A program made the position numbers and the translations under genes. Below are positions 45,993-63,016 of a DNA stretch of 64,000 nt, in pieces (within the stretch, counting starts at the first letter, position 1; every line of letters starts with the position of its first letter). This stretch comes from the human T2T-CHM13v2.0 reference genome, Homo sapiens. The stretch is from the NCBI RefSeq assembly GCF_009914755.1, contig NC_060930.1; one strand, 5' to 3'. The notes beneath the pieces were generated by a model. That model was not told the origin of the DNA. It made no database searches and saw only the letters and a program-made list of their open reading frames with translations.

Positions 45993-46857
45993 TAAGGACA
46001 CAAAGACTGGCAGCATACTGAATCTGCCCTCATGAAACGCACACTCTAAGAGGCAAGTCAGACATGTTAAAAACAAACAATCTTGCAAGTTAATGTGATA
46101 ACTGCTTTAACAGGGATACAAAGTACAATGGTGGCACAAAGGACTGATATGACTAAGGGTAGTTGGGAGAGGCTTCACAGTGTAGATGATGTCTCAGGAC
46201 AGTCTTGAAGTGTGAAGAATTCACCAGTAGAAAAGGCCATTCCATCCAGAGGAATGGCATTCAGTCATTTCATAAGGGATGACACCACACCAGACACTGA
46301 ACACCTAGGACAGCCAAGGTACCTGCTTTCATTAAGCTAACAGCATATGCAAAGTCATGAGGTACATACATTTGAGCAAGAGCAAGCAGTTCAGACTGAA
46401 AAGCAAAGTGCTTGAGGGAGAAGCAGAAGATGATGCTGAAAAGGTAGGCAGGTGCTCGATCATGAAAAAACTTTATGTTGTCTAGAGTTTTATTTTAGAT
46501 TATAGGCCAGGGCTATAATCTAAAATATATAAGGGCTGAATTTGAAAACAGGTAAAGTTAGAGACAAACTGGGAGGCTATTATGATGATCCATGCAAAAA
46601 TAATGACACCTCAATTAAAGTAGTAACCATGGAAATGGACAGAGAATGGACTTGAAAGTCCACAAACTACATGTAAGTGATTGTTACCTGTTTATGATTA
46701 AATAAAAAGAAATAATTTCTCTTCTTCAGTAAATATCTACCAAAGCCCCATAATGTATTAAAAATTATTGACAAAAACATATTAGGATAAAAGAACACAA
46801 TGCATTTTCACTTTTCTTTTATGTATGTGTAGGTGTGTGGAATCAGGGCTCCAATTA

Positions 46858-47173
46858 CAATCCTGTGCCACATAACAATGTTTCAGTCAAGATGGAATGC
46901 ACATGCAATGGTGGTTCCTTAAGATAGAGCATCATATCGAAACCTCGTATATGGCACTTGATATTGACACTGCAGATCAAGTAGGGGAAATAGCTGATAT
47001 TCAGTAATGGTGCTGGGACATTTCGTTTTCTAATGTAACATACAAATATATTTTTATTTATACATATTTTTTCTAGGTTTGTGTAGTATACTCTATGATG
47101 TTCACACAATGACAAAATCGCCTACCAATGCATTTCTCAGAACACATCCCTGTCGTTAAGCAACACACAACTA
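46858..47173 (+). mobile_element. Tigger3a-like (Golem) DNA transposon, both ends
   Basis: TA-flanked caatcctgtgccacataacaatgtttcagtcaa...ccctgtcgttaagcaacacacaacta; internal gcagatcaagtaggggaaat. Confidence 0.8.
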
Positions 47174-49009
47174 TACCTTTAAGTAATTTTAGAGTCGGTC
47201 TTCCTTTTTACCAGAGGAAAAACAATTCCTTGTTTCTGTTCTACAACTGCAAGAGGAGTGCCAGAAAGAGTTAACAGTTGTCAACAGAAGCTTGACCCTC
47301 TGTTCTCAAGTATGTGCTGGGGATGTAGTGGGAATTTAACACACTAAACAAGAAACTGTCCATAATCCAGTTTACTTCAATTTTTAAGAAGAAATCTGTA
47401 TATAAATACTGAGGCTTTCTGCCAAAAAAGCAAATGCTTCACGGATTTGGCTCCTTGTCTTTTCTTGTGGCTGTTCTCCAATATCAACTTGGAGATGTCC
47501 CTATCTCAAAATCTGCCAGCTACTGAAACATGGGTCAAACAAAACACTTTCCTCTCTGTAGAGTATAATGTATCAAGACTATGAATCCTATTAGGTAAAG
47601 CAGAGATCACATTTAAAAATGCATATAACTAGTTCCCCCAAAACAATCTTTTCTCAGATACTAATACTCATTCCACAATATTAAACTTCAGATTTCAAAT
47701 ATAAGGTTTTCTATGATTAAACTTTTAGACACTGGAATCAGACATATCCAAAGAATCTCTGGTAAATCTGACACACCTGAATTGATGTAAATTTAATAGA
47801 AGCGTATCTTGCTTCCCTTTGCAGGTAATATTCCTTTTCACTTGACTACCACATAATTTTAAGAAGAAACCAGAATAACTCTCATTCATCACTTTTAGTA
47901 GTTCAAAAAGTCTGAATCTACTCAAAAAAATCTCCACACTTTGATATTTCTAAGTTTAAATTTGTTTTATTTACACTAATTCAGTTTATTACCTTTTAGC
48001 GGTCTTAAATATTTTATGCATTACAAAAATCCTTCTTTAAAAGGCATCCCATTTATACTTTCAAACCACTTTCTTAACATAAATGCAAATTAACACACTC
48101 CAGAAAAAAAAATTATTGTTAATTCCTTAATTGTACTGTACCTCAAGTCTATTTAATTCTACATAGTTATAGGAGAGAAAAATAAAAACATCTAGGTCTA
48201 GCTACTTGATAATAGGTAATACTCTTTATTCCAAATTAAATATATAACAGTATAATAACGAGCATAATTCCGAAGACAATCAAATGACATTCAAGTGATC
48301 TAACAGAAAAATAAGAAAATATTTTGATACAGAAAACTAAAAACATAGCTTAGTTCATAAGTCATTAGGGTTATTACATTACATTTTATCATCACAACAA
48401 TAGCCACAACCCCAGGCTATATCTCATGGTCCCTAAATCTAAGCAGATTGTTTTTAGTTGGGAAAAAGATTATCATAAACTTTATTTTACTAATAATCTG
48501 AAAGATCTCAAATATGCCAAGAAGCCTATGTCTCTAAAATATAGCTTCATCTTTTGAAATAATTGATGCTTCAGGAACAGCAACAATAACCATTATCATC
48601 AAGGTAATCTCCCTGAAAAATCTCATCATGTTAGAAAAAAAACAAGTATTAAAAAAACAAAAATGAAAGCAGAACAAAGCATACAAGAGCAATTAGACAA
48701 TTATTAAATGGCCCATATACCTGCAATTGAAATCACAGAAAGAGAAGACAGAACAGGTCAAATGAAATACATGAAGAGACAATGGCTAAGAATTTTCCAA
48801 ATTAAGTAAAAGATGCTAAACCAGAGAACCAAAAAACTCAGAGAAGACCAAACAAACCAACAAAAGAAAACAGACACATCACATTCAAAATAAAGATAAA
48901 TCATATCTAAAGATAGAGAAACTCTTAAAGACGGCCAAAAGAAAAATAAATTAAATGAACAAAGGACATTATATGCAAAGAATCAAAGACAAATGACAAA
49001 AATATGTAA

Positions 49010-51420
49010 TAGATGCAAAAAATCTCAACAAAATACCAGCAAACCAAATCCATCAGCACATCTAAAACCTAATTCACCATAATCAAGTAGACTTTATTCC
49101 TGGGATGCAAGGTTGGTTCAACATATGCAAATCAATCACTGTGATTCACCACATAAACAGAATTAAAAAGAAACACGATATGACCATCTCAATAGATGCA
49201 GAAAAAGCTTTTGATAAAATCCAACATCCCCTCATGATAAAACCCCTCAATAAACTAGGTATCAAAGGAATATATCTAAGAGCCATTTATGACACACCCA
49301 CAGCCAACATCATACTGGATGGGCAAAGCCTAGAAACATTCTCCTTGAGAAATGGAAGAAGACAATGATGCTCACTTTCACCACTCTTACTCAACATAGT
49401 AATGGAAGTCCTAGCTAGAGTAATCAGGCAAGAAAAAGAAATAAAAGGTATCCAGATAGGAAAAGAAGAAGTCAAACTATCTTTCTTTGCTAATGGTATG
49501 ATTCTATACCAGAAAACTCCGAAGACTCCACCAAAAGGCTCCTTGAACTGATAAACAACTTCAGTCAAGTTTTAGGATACAAAAATCAATGTACAAAAAT
49601 CAGTAGCATTTCTACTTAACAATAACCTTCAGGCTAAGAGCCAAATCAAGAACACAATTCCATTTACAAGAGCCACAAAAACAAGAAAATACCTAGGAAT
49701 ACATCTAATGAAAGTAGTGAAAGATCTCTACAAGGAGAACTACAAAACACTGCTTAAAGAATCAGAAATGACACACACAAATGAAAACATATTTCATGCT
49801 CATGGATTGGAAGAATCAGTATCATTAAAATGACCATACTGCCCAAAGTAATTTGCAGATTCAGCATTATTCCTATCAAATTACCAATATCATTTTTCAC
49901 AGAATCAGAAAAAACTACTCTAAAATTCATATGGAACCAAAAAACAGCCCAAACAGCCAAAGCAATCCTAAGCAAAAAGAAAAAACCTGGAGGCATCACA
50001 TTACTCAACTTCAAACTACACTACAAAGCTACAGTAACCAAAACAGCACAGTACTGGTACAAAAAGAGATACATGGACCAATAAAACAGAATAGACAACC
50101 CAGAAATAAAGCCACACACCTACAACCATCTGATGTTCAACAAAGTTGACAAAAATAAGCAATGAGGAAAAAGTCCCTATTCAATACATGGTGCTGGGAT
50201 AACTGGCTAGCCATATGCAGAAGAATGAAACTGGACTCTTACCTATCACCATATACAAAAATTAACTCAAGATGGATTAAAGACATAACTGTAAGACCTA
50301 AAACTACAAAAATCCTAGAAGAAAACCTAGGAAATTCTTTTCTCGACAACAGCCCTGTCGAAGAATTTATGGCTAAGTCCTCAAAAACAATTGCAACGAA
50401 ACCAAAAACTGACAAGTAGGACCTAAGAGCTTCTATACAGCAAGAGAAACCATTAACAGAGTAAACAGATAATCTACAGAATGGGAGAAAAAATTCAGAA
50501 ACTATGTATCTGACAAAGGCCTAATATCCAGAATTTATAAGGAACTTAAATCAACAAGTAAAAAACAAATAACCCCATTAAAATGTAAGCAAAGGACATG
50601 AACAGACACTTCTCAAAAGAAGACATACAAATGGCCAAAAAAAAATTGAAAAAATGCTCATCACTAATCATCAGAGAAATGCAAATCAAAATCACAATTG
50701 AAATACCATCTCATACCAGTCAGAATAGCTTTTGTTAAAAAGTCAATAAATAACAGATCTCAGTGGGGCTGTGGAGAAAAGGGAAAACCTTTACGCTGTT
50801 GGTGGGAATGTAACTTAGTTCAGCCACTGTGGAGAGCAGCTTGGAGATTTCTAAAAGAACACAAAATGGAACTACCATTTAACCTAGCAATCCCATTACT
50901 GGGTATATACCCAAAGAAAAATATATCATTCTACCAAAAAGACACATGCACCCATGTGTTCATCACAGCACTATTCACAACAGCAAAGACATGGAATCAA
51001 CACAGGTGTCCATCAACAGTAAATGAGATAAAGAAAATGTGGTACATATACACCATGGAACACTACACAGCCACAGAAAGAACAAAATCATGTCCTTTGC
51101 AACAACACGGATGCAGTTGGGGGCCATTATCCTAAGCAAACTAATGGAGAAACAGAAAACCAAATACCCCATGTTCTCACTTACAAGTGGCAGCCAAACC
51201 ATGAGTACATATGGACATTAAGATGGGAACAAACAGACACTGGAGAATACAAGATGGGAGAGGGAGGCAAGGATGGAAAAACTACCTATTGAGTACTATG
51301 CTCACTTCCTAGGTGACGGGTTCAGTCGTACTTCAAACCTCAGCATTATGCAATATACCTTTGTAATAAACCTGCACAGGTACACCCGGAATCTAAAATA
51401 AAAGCGGAAAAAGAAAAAAA
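49010..51420 (+). mobile_element. 5'-truncated LINE-1 (L1PA15/16- or L1PB-like), ORF2 RT to 3'UTR
   Basis: ORF fragments [22 protein letters not shown], ..KFIWNQK.., [16 protein letters not shown], ..PLLGIYPK; 3' end aaacctgcacaggtacacccggaatctaaaataaaag. Confidence 0.92.
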
Positions 51421-51769
51421 TTTAATTCAAATAAAAATATATACGTAAAAGCCATATAACAAACAGTAGAGTGACATCTTTTAAGTACTGAAAGAAAAAA
51501 AAGGCAATCCAGAATTCTATATTCAGCAAGAATATTTTAGAAAAATAAAGTCTTTTTGAGAGAAACAAAGATAATTTATTACTAGCAGACTTGGCCTATA
51601 AGAAATGTTAAAAGTTCTTCAGGTAGACAGAATGATACCAGACAGAAAACTTGGATCTACACAAAGACATGAACAACAGTATAAACGGTATAAATGAAAG
51701 TAAATACAAAACTTCATATTTTTCTTATTTGCAATTGTTCTAAAAGATAACTGTCTCTAAAGCAAAAAT

Positions 51770-52545
51770 GCAGTCATGTACTGCATAATGATATTTAATC
51801 GACAAGGGACCACATATATAATGGTGGTCCCATAAGATTACGATGAAGCTGAAAAATTCCTATCGCCTAGGGACATCCTAGTTGTATTAACATTGTAGTA
51901 CGATGAGTTACTCACGTGTTTGTGGTGAAGCTGGTGTAAAGAAACCTACACTGCCAGTTGTATAAAAGTATAGCATATACAATTATGTTAAGTACATAAT
52001 ACTTGATCATGGTAACAGTTACTAGCTTATGTATTTATTATATACTTTATCATTATTTTAGAATGTACTCCTACTTACATAAAAAGGAAAGTTAACTGTA
52101 AAACAGCCTCAGGTAAGTCCTTCAGGAGATATTACAGAAGAAGGAACTGTTATCATAGGAGATGGCAGTTCCATGTGTGTAATTGTCCCTGAAGACCTTC
52201 CAGACAAGATGTGGAAGTGGAAGACAGTGATATTTATAGCTTGACTCTCTGTGGGCCTAGGGCTAATGTATTTGCGTCTTAGTTTTTAACAAAAGTTTTA
52301 AAAGTAAAAATTAAAAATTTTTAAATAGAAAAAAGCTTACAGAATGAGGACATACTTTTGTACAGCTGTACAATGTATTTGTTTTAAGCTAAGTTATTGT
52401 AAGAGAGTAAAAAAGTTTAAAAAACTAAGAAGTTAATAAAGTAAAAGTTACAGTAAGGTAAGGCTAATTATTGAAGACTTTTTAAAAATAAATTTATTAT
52501 AACCTACATGAACAGTTCTATAAAATCTATAGCAATATACTGTAA
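51770..52545 (+). mobile_element. Tigger3b-like DNA transposon fragment
   Basis: cagtcatgtactgcataatg..ggtggtcccataagatta..gctgaaaaattcctatcgcctag..gttaactgtaaaacagcctcagg. Confidence 0.8.
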
Positions 52546-54606
52546 AGTCTTAGAGTAGTAATATATTGCATGTTGATTGCATATATATAAAAGTAAAGTG
52601 TATGACAACAAAAACATAAAAGATGAAGAGGAGAAATGGGAGTATAGAACTATAAGGTCCTAATACTACATATAAAGCTATGTATTATTATATCAAGAAA
52701 ACTGTGATTAATTACAAATATACGGCAAACCCTAGGGCAACCACTAAACAAATTTCAGAAAGAGGTATAAATAAATAAGCAAACCGCGGAGAGAAATGGA
52801 ATTTTTAAAAAGTCCAAGTAATCCAAAAGAAAAAAAGAACAGATAGACTAACATAAACCAGATACCATAGTGGTAGATTTTAATCCAACCATATTACCAA
52901 TGTTGATAAATATAAACAATCTAAACACACTAAATAAAAGAGACATGTCAAAATGAAAGACAGAGATTATCAGACTGGATAAACAAGTAAGCCCATCTAT
53001 ATGCTGACTATAAGAAACCCATATTAAGTGTAAAGATACAGATAGGTTGAAAGTGAAAGTAAAACAAAAAACAAAAACAGAAAAAATATGTTGGGAGACA
53101 ATTCTCCATGGGTCTCTGTTGAGGTAGCTGCCTTTGAACCTACTTCTCAGTATCTGGTCTGCAACCATCTCCCCAGTTACTCTTTATTAATAAGTGATAC
53201 AATGGAGAGATGGAAATCTCATGTCTATTGCTAATATGTATGAAATTCATGGCAAACTTCAGTTTTTGACATGATATACCATGTAAATACTAATCAAAAG
53301 GAAGCTGAAGTGGTTATATTAATACAAGGCAAAGAAGATTTCAGAACAAGGAATATTACCAGAGATAAAGAGGCTGTCCGCCAGAAAGGCACACCGATCT
53401 TAAATATGTATGGATCTAACAAACTTTCAAAATACATGAAAAAAAAACTGATAGAACTGGAAAGAGAAATAGACAAATCTATTAAGTTGGAGACTTCAAC
53501 ACATCTCTCAGTATTTTATAGAACGAGTAGGCTATAAACATATGGAAAAACTCAATCTCTCACTAGTGATGAAAAATGTACAAACCCACAATGAGATGTT
53601 TTAAATTAATTCCTAATTTAAAACTTAAGTCTGACAATCCTAAATATTGGTGAAGATGTGGAACATCAGAAACTCACACTTCTGGTGGGAGTATAGATTG
53701 GTATGATCACTTTGGAAAACAATTTGGCATTACTTAGTAGAGATGTGCTCATATTTATAATTTAAAATTCTTATGACGAATAAATAGTAAATATAGATTC
53801 ACTCAGCAAATATTAAAAACAAAATAAAGCCACAGAATGTAAGTACAACACCCCGTTAGGCCTAACTAGACACCGAGACTCACATAACCCAAACAGGCTG
53901 GTTATACTTAACATGTCAGGCAGGAGTCCTCATTGCAATTCGGGGGCTAGTATCTTTGGCCCTCTCAGGTGGCAGATCAAGTGTAAGAGAATGAGAGCAT
54001 AAGGTCCTTGCAGTAGCTACTGTAGCTTACAGGTACCAAATAGCAACCAATATCTCCAGTCTCATAGGCATAGCTTCCTGAGCTTCAGCAACAGATTTGC
54101 TTAGTTGCAAGAGTTATCACACTCAGGGAAGTCCAAAGCTGTTAACGGTATAAGTACCAGTATTTACAATTCATTCACAGTCCTCCTCTGGTCCTTATGC
54201 AATTCAGTAATCATGAGTCATTATTACCATAAGCAATGGTGCTCGGTTATACAACTGATATTCTACCTTATCAAGCTTCCAAGTGAACAAAGCTAGGAAG
54301 TTAAGCCAAGGCCAAAACTGTCCGAAGAGAAGAAAGGTTAATGTTACAACAAATAAAGAGATTCAATTTAGAATGGCACTAAGCTAAACAACTATTAATA
54401 TATTTCACTGAATCCAAGATGCTAGTGATTATGACATAATTAATTTTTGTACTAAGAAAAGTGCTGTTAAGTAAATATGGTGCACTACTGATTGTAAGAC
54501 ATATCCTAATTACTGAGATGCACAAGGAGGGAAAATATACTTCTTAGAATTGATGAAATACAGAATAATCCTTCTCTAAATTTTTCACTAAAATATTTAA
54601 GACATA

Positions 54607-54808
54607 CAGTAAATTTTCACTTAACTTTGTTGATAGGTTCTTGGAAACCTAAACTTTAAGAAAAACTTTGTAGCAGATCTCCAAATGACATTTTGTTCAA
54701 CTTCATTTTATTATAACAATGAGAAAAAAACGGTTTCATTATATGTGATTTCACTTAAAGTCACAATTTCCAAGAACCTGTCATGGACATTAAGCAAGGA
54801 CTTACTGT
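54607..54808. mobile_element. MER82-like Tigger MITE with internal deletion
   Basis: Inverted ends cagtaaattttcacttaac..gataggttcttggaaa / tttccaagaacctgtc..ttaagcaaggacttactg. Confidence 0.65.
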
Positions 54809-55704
54809 GTATCTCTTTTCTCTACCTTGGGGACACGGTCTGCTCCAACAGAAACCAGTCCCCTACTAAAAATTTTCTAAGACATGTAATACCTCTGTTC
54901 ATCTACTCTAAAAACAACCAATATCAACATAATTGACGCAGCATAGCTGTCTTCATCCTGGCATGTTAAAAAGCATCCAAAATCTAAATAAATGAATTAG
55001 CTCCCATCACTGATTAAATCACTAAAAGTCCTAAGGGCCTTTACAACCTGGAGGCTTGCATGCAATGTTCTGGTAAAATAAATAAATAAATAACAAAAAT
55101 TTAAAAAAAAAAACTGTTTCAGGTTATCCATAAATATGTTAGTTCCCATATACCAGCGAACTGTGCAAGGAGAAAAGTGGAAAAAACCTTAAACCTCAAT
55201 CCAGTAGAGGTACACTAAGTGAATGTTTTCATCTAAGTGGGTTGTATACGATCATTAGTTCTTTATGCTAGGGAAGGCAAATCTATCTTTTTATAAGCAG
55301 AAAATAAATATGATTAAAGTGAACTTGCCATACCCTACCTACTGGCAAACACTAGGCTTGGAAAAATAGCCCTTGTTCATAGATAGGTATGTATGGAATG
55401 GGACCTAAACAAACATTCAGCAGCATAGATAAAACATCTTCTTAAAAATGCCAAAGAAAAGAATCTGTGATAATTTATATTTAGAAACAGAAAAAATGTA
55501 AAAAGTATATGCTGTGTGTTCTCAACAACATACATATAGGAAGAAATAAAAAGACAGACTTATATGCAGTCTAAGATATAAATGGAACTCTTAAGAGATA
55601 AGAAAAAAGAAATGAATAGAAACAACAATTTAAAAAACTACATTTTGGTACATACACTTTTAAAAATGAGTTCTGTTATCTATGTTTTCCAAAAAGGAAA
55701 ACAG

Positions 55705-56365
<661 letters not shown>

Positions 56366-56436
56366 AAGTTATTGTAAAAATATAAAATTACAAGAGTGAA
56401 AAACAAAATCAAACCTCAATTATAGCAAATTTTGTT

Positions 56437-56779
<343 letters not shown>

Positions 56780-57561
56780 TTAAAATCTTCAGATGGGTTT
56801 AAAACTGAACTGACATAAAAAGATTAAAAATAGTGATGAAAAACGATTTATACAATATATCGCAGAAATAGTCAAACTGAAAGGAAATAGGAATAATAAT
56901 TTTGACACAGGACAAAAAGATTTTAAGAAATGAATTAGTCTTTTTATATTGCTAAAAAGATCTCTACAGTGCTACTCAAATGCCATCTATGAACTAGCTG
57001 TTTGCTACAGCTATGCAACAAGACAAGAACAAAGCTCGAAACTTAGCATTTAGAAACTCTTACAGCAGTCTGAGAGGGAAATTCTATACCTGTTAAATAA
57101 AATAATTTTTAAAAATGGAGGTTATATTACTATTTTGTCAAGTTATTCTCATTTCATTTCATTTTTCTAGTAATTCATTTTTAATGTATTTTAAAGAAGT
57201 ATTGGGAAAAAAACCTGATTCTTCACCACAAATAATTTGAAAAGCACTGTGATAAAAGACTTATCGGTCATGAAGCTGGGATGTGCCAAACAACACATCA
57301 AAATATACAAATTTAAAACAATTACAGATGCAAGGCAAAAATGAAGGACAAATGTTTATTTGGGAAGCAAACCCATTCCATGACACATTAGATTTTTTTT
57401 AAAAAAAGCACATAGAGGAATTTTAAAATGTCACGTTTTCTCTAAGAAGTCACTGATTATAAATGTCCTATCAGTTTAATACCAGCTTTTCAGGAGGGAA
57501 AATTACTGTATTAAATGTACATACTGTGAGACACATTACAAACTCGGAAATGTTAAAATTG

Positions 57562-57862
<301 letters not shown>

Positions 57863-58510
57863 TTAGAAAAAAGAAATTTTAAATTGTTTAAAAAGGATTA
57901 ACCAAGAAAATAACAGTAAGTCAATAATTTGGTATTAAATGAAAAACTTCCTTTCAATTTTCAGTGAAACATGTATAAAGATGTTAGTAATAAAGCAGAC
58001 GCTAAAGAATACATCAATAACTTTGAAAAACTAAAAACTATGTAAAGCATGGTAAAAAACTGGCTTTCTGCCATGCCCCACTAATCACTTAAGGATTCCT
58101 ATTTGTTTTTGATGCTGCTGGGTAAAATTATATAAGAAGAAAGGGTTCGACAACTTTAAAATGTTTAAAATTATATTAAATTACTCAAAACATATAAAAT
58201 GTCCAGCCTCGCAGTTTTCTAATACCTTTTTATACAAAAGTCAAGGGAAAAGGTCAAAGTACTTCATGTCAGATGTGGCATAGGAGGTCACAGATGTCTC
58301 TGCCACCTTCTTCCTGGCTTCCCACAATCTCAGAAAAAATCTAGGATATTATTTGGGCAGTAGGTAGCATTACTGCATTCTCAAAAGAGTCTACATTCTG
58401 TGTGTTTTTCTTCTGTGTGGTCCACTGCTAATGGCTAGCCTAATCTAGCCATCCTAACATACCCATGTGGTTGATTAGGTTAAGGTTGGCTGAACAGATT
58501 GAAAATTATA

Positions 58511-58857
58511 TAGCTGGCCCTCCATATCTGTGGGTTCCACATCTGTGGATTCAACCAACCACAGATCAAAAATATTCAGGGAAAGAGTTGCATCTGTACT
58601 GAATGCGTACAAACTTTTTTCCTTGTTATTACTACCTTAAATAATACAGTATCACAACTATTACATAGCATTTACAATGTATTAGGTGTAAGTGATAATT
58701 TGAAGTACTATATAGGAGAATATGCTTAGGTTATTTTATGCAAATACTACACCATTTTATATAAGTGATTTGAGCATCTGTGGATTTTTATATCCTCAGG
58801 GATTCCTGCAACGAATCCCTCACAGATACTAAGGGATGGATACAGAGGGAAGACTGT
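58511..58857 (-). mobile_element. MER2 Tigger-family MITE
   Basis: agctggccctccatatctgtgggttccacatctgtggattcaaccaacc ... ggatacagagggaagactgta. Confidence 0.85.
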
Positions 58858-59881
58858 ACGTAAGAGTAGAGCATTGCTAGAAGCACTACCATGATCTATG
58901 CATGTTTTATACACATCACACACACAAACACACACACAATGAAATTAACAAGACTCAAAGCAACATTATTAACAATTTCTTCTAAGTTACACAGAGTATT
59001 TTCCATCTATACTATACAATCTCATCATCTAAAAACAGCCCTCCAGAGGTTATGATCCTACTCCTTGGACTGCCCGGTCAAAACGACTGATGTCATAATA
59101 AAACCAAACCTAGAAGAGGAAAAAATAAATCAAAGACAGGATCCTTTTGAAGTTTTTCATTTTAACTATCCAGAGTTTTAAAAAGTTCTCTACAAAAGAT
59201 TTGATAATGCCAGGATCTTTTCCTTCCATTCCCATGCCTAATACTTAAACCTAACTTCATCTAAATGTGATTTAAAAGCCTAATTCAGATATAAAGATTA
59301 TTTATGAAATGAAAAAAAGATACTACTTAAATAAAAAGTAATCTACCATAAGAACTAACGGAGGAAAACATTTGGAACTCAATTTACAGATGGAGATGAA
59401 CTTTACTAATATATGAAGGCTCTTTGGAATCAGTAAGGAAAAGACCAAGAGTCTCAACAGGAAAATGGGTAAAAGATAAACAGTACGCTGAGAAGGAAAT
59501 ACCATAAGGGCCTCTCAAGCATATGAAAAAACACTCAATCTCACTCATAATAAAAGGAATGCAAATTAAAACTACACTGAGATCCATTTTATGTCTATTA
59601 GATTGGCAATGATCAAAACATTTGAGAACATAATCTTGATGAAGACATGGAAAAAGTCTCCTATTGCTGGTGGGAGTACAGATCAAAACAACCTCTGTAT
59701 TAGTTTTTCTCATTTGAAGAAATCCTTGTAAGATGTTTAAAAATGTAGCATGTAAGATATATTTAGCCTGGTGTGGGCTGTTGGTCATTCTCAAAAAATT
59801 GTTAAAAGTTTTCTACTTTTATAGAATTCTGTTTACATAATGAAGCAGACAGGTAGGCCACTTTTAAAAACTTGGATGACT

Positions 59882-60207
<326 letters not shown>

Positions 60208-60487
60208 TTAACACAGTAGTCTTGCTCTATCTGCTGCTCACCTCTTGATACCTTATTGTGCACTTAATGGGTGCTCAATAAATATTTGTTGAGTTGAATG
60301 AAACTAAGAATAATGCTGAAGGATGACAAAAATGGAATAAAAACAAGAACAATGAATTAACTAAATTTATCTGAACTGTTGAATAAATTGCTTACATAAA
60401 CACTACTTCAAGAAAGGAGCAATGCCACGCTAGTTAGTGCATGCTTCCTGAAAAATGAGTTAGCCAGCAACAGTTGGATAATAGATT

Positions 60488-60910
60488 GTTGTAGTAATGG
60501 CCCCCTAATTAGCCCCACTCAGTTAGGAAACCCCTCCCATACCAACTCTGGAATTGGCCATGTTGATCTGCTTTGGCCTATGGACAACAGAAAATATACG
60601 AGGCTTGCTGTCACTAGTTACTTCTGTAAACCCTACTACTGCCTCCAGGTGAAAGAGCCACGCCTAGCCTGCGGGAGACACATGGCCCCCATCACCCAAG
60701 CAAACAACCAGTACGGATTATCCAGACATAGCTATCCTAGACCAACCAGCTCCCAGCTGACCCATCAGCTGACTGCAGCCACATCCGCAAGGCCAGACAT
60801 AAGCTGCAGCAGAATTGCTTAATTGAGCCCAGCCCAGAATTAGGCTAACAAATGCCTATTGTTTCACAGCACTATGTTTTGGGGAGATTTATCATACAAC
60901 AAAAGCTGAT
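60488..60910 (+). mobile_element. MLT1-family MaLR LTR
   Basis: tgtagta..ttggccatgt..tgctttggcc..gagcccagcccagaatt..aaatgcctattgtttcacagcactatgttttgggg..tcatacaacaaaagctga. Confidence 0.65.
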
Positions 60911-61176
60911 CCAAGTAGAGAGGGGAATAGGTGGTCAAAGAAGATTTTTCCCTTACCTGTTCTGCTTTTCAAATTTCACAATGAGAATATATCCACATAC
61001 TATTTAATTACACTGAACTTATAAAAATTTTATATCAGATTGATATTAAAATCTTACTATCACCTTGTAAACACAAATACATTAATTCAGTCCAAATAGG
61101 AGCATGAATTTGAGAGGAGACATTAATATTGCTTCAGAAAAAAAAAATGGGTTAAGAGTACCAGGGTTTACTATCT

Positions 61177-61216
<40 letters not shown>
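61177..61216. repeat. (CA)n microsatellite, ~20 units
   Basis: Directly visible. Confidence 0.95.
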
Positions 61217-61218
<2 letters not shown>

Positions 61219-61339
61219 TGTGAATAAGAATATATTCACGGTCACTGTCACATCTCAATAATGGCTATTATCAAATTCTGGAAGTGTTAGAAGACACTCA
61301 TCTCAAATTCTGCTTCACTGTTTCTTCTGTTTAAGTGGG

Positions 61340-61550
61340 TAATGGCCTAATACATGTTTTCTCATTTAATCCTCACATGGTATGAGGTAAACATTATGCT
61401 GCATCACTTTAGGCAAAGTTAATTAACCTCTCTATGCCTCATTTCCTCAACTGTAAAATGGGGATAACAGTCCTATTTTATAGAACTGTTGTGAAGATTA
61501 CATCGCTTATAACAGGGCACACAGTCCTTAATAAACGGTTTACCACCTCG
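61340..61550 (+). mobile_element. MIR SINE fragment(s)
   Basis: ggcaaagttaattaacctctctatgcctcatttcctcaactgtaaaatggggataa. Confidence 0.75.
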
Positions 61551-61682
61551 TTTAGTAAAATGACGTAAAATTAAGGTCTTTTAACTATAATAACATGGCT
61601 TCTATTTTCAAAACACTAAGCATTATCAACTAAGGTGTGAGACATCATAATTAATTTGGATATCTTTCTAATGACCTCATTA

Positions 61683-62024
<342 letters not shown>

Positions 62025-62569
62025 TTATTAAACAAAACCTAGGAATGTATGTAGAAAATATATGGTGATGAGAGGTGAAGCTCTGGGCAATAATAAATCA
62101 TTTAGTCCACATTCCACAATCCTAAGTACGTTTAAAATACAAAGGCTTCCATTTTTGTGTGTGTTACAAATTCACAAGAGAGCAATAAATCCTACTGACA
62201 TGTCACCTTTACTGTGACATCTAGCATACATACTTTCAACATGTTCTATCACCTTTTTTTTTTTAAGGCACTAGTGATGGCTTTGGAAAATAAGGTTCTT
62301 TTCAGGTCCTGATGGACCACTTATAAAACATAGCCAAATTTTTAAAAAGTGTTTTAAACAGGCAATTACCTAGACTGTAGATATGTCACTAACGAAATGT
62401 AAAAAATCTCATACCACAATGTGCAGATGTTTTAGTTTCTCCTAATGTGAGGAATACCTGCTACAAAAATTCCATGTTTCATTTCAATTCAAACATTTTA
62501 AAGAGTACTCAGTATATGAGGTAATGTAGCAGATTCTGGAGATAAGACAGGTAAAGAAAGTAACATTTA

Positions 62570-62790
62570 TGTTACTATGTATGCCAGACATTAGCTGGTT
62601 ATCTTATTCAATCATAATAATGCTATGCTGTAGAAATTATTAAAACTCACTTTACAGAGGAGGAAATTAAGGCTAACATAAGTATAATAACTTGCTCGGG
62701 GTCTCTCAGCAACAGAAGGCAGTGGGGTTGAGAAGTATGAGGTGGGGCCCATGAAGGTAGTGCCACATGACTATTCTTAGAGACAAACAC
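62570..62790 (-). mobile_element. MIR SINE
   Basis: ttttacagaggaggaaattaaggct..taacttgctcggggtctctcagc. Confidence 0.65.
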
Positions 62791-63016
62791 AATATCCATT
62801 GTAACAGATCCTTTTTTAACAGCAATGTGGAAGGGGATGAAGACTTGGAAAACCAAGGAGATAATCTTTGGGAATGGGCAAAGGAGTCACAGAAGGCTTT
62901 AAAGAGGTTGATATTTAAGTTGTTAGTTAAGGGTGAGTAGGATTTACCAACTTCAATGCCAAGGCTCACCCCCACCCCCCTCACCCCCAATATATTAACC
63001 AAAATAAATTACTTAC

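Larger units (their letters stand above)
48640..53750 (+). mobile_element. Degraded old L1M (ORF1/ORF2 start) scaffold hosting the younger L1, Tigger3 and LTR fragments
   Basis: ORF1-like 48640-49000 and 51450-51760; EN-like ORF 53271-53537 (MIYHVNTNQKEAEVVILI..DFRTRNITRDKE). Confidence 0.6.

Noticed and set aside
47720-47830. Exon-like segment with ttttag acceptor and gcag|gtaata donor
   Set aside because: On the + strand, antisense to REV3L, with no supporting partner exons or promoter.
53089-54330. LTR-like start (tgttgggagacaattctccatgggtctct) and possible ERVL internal remnants
   Set aside because: Too short and diverged to assign a family or boundaries without a repeat search.
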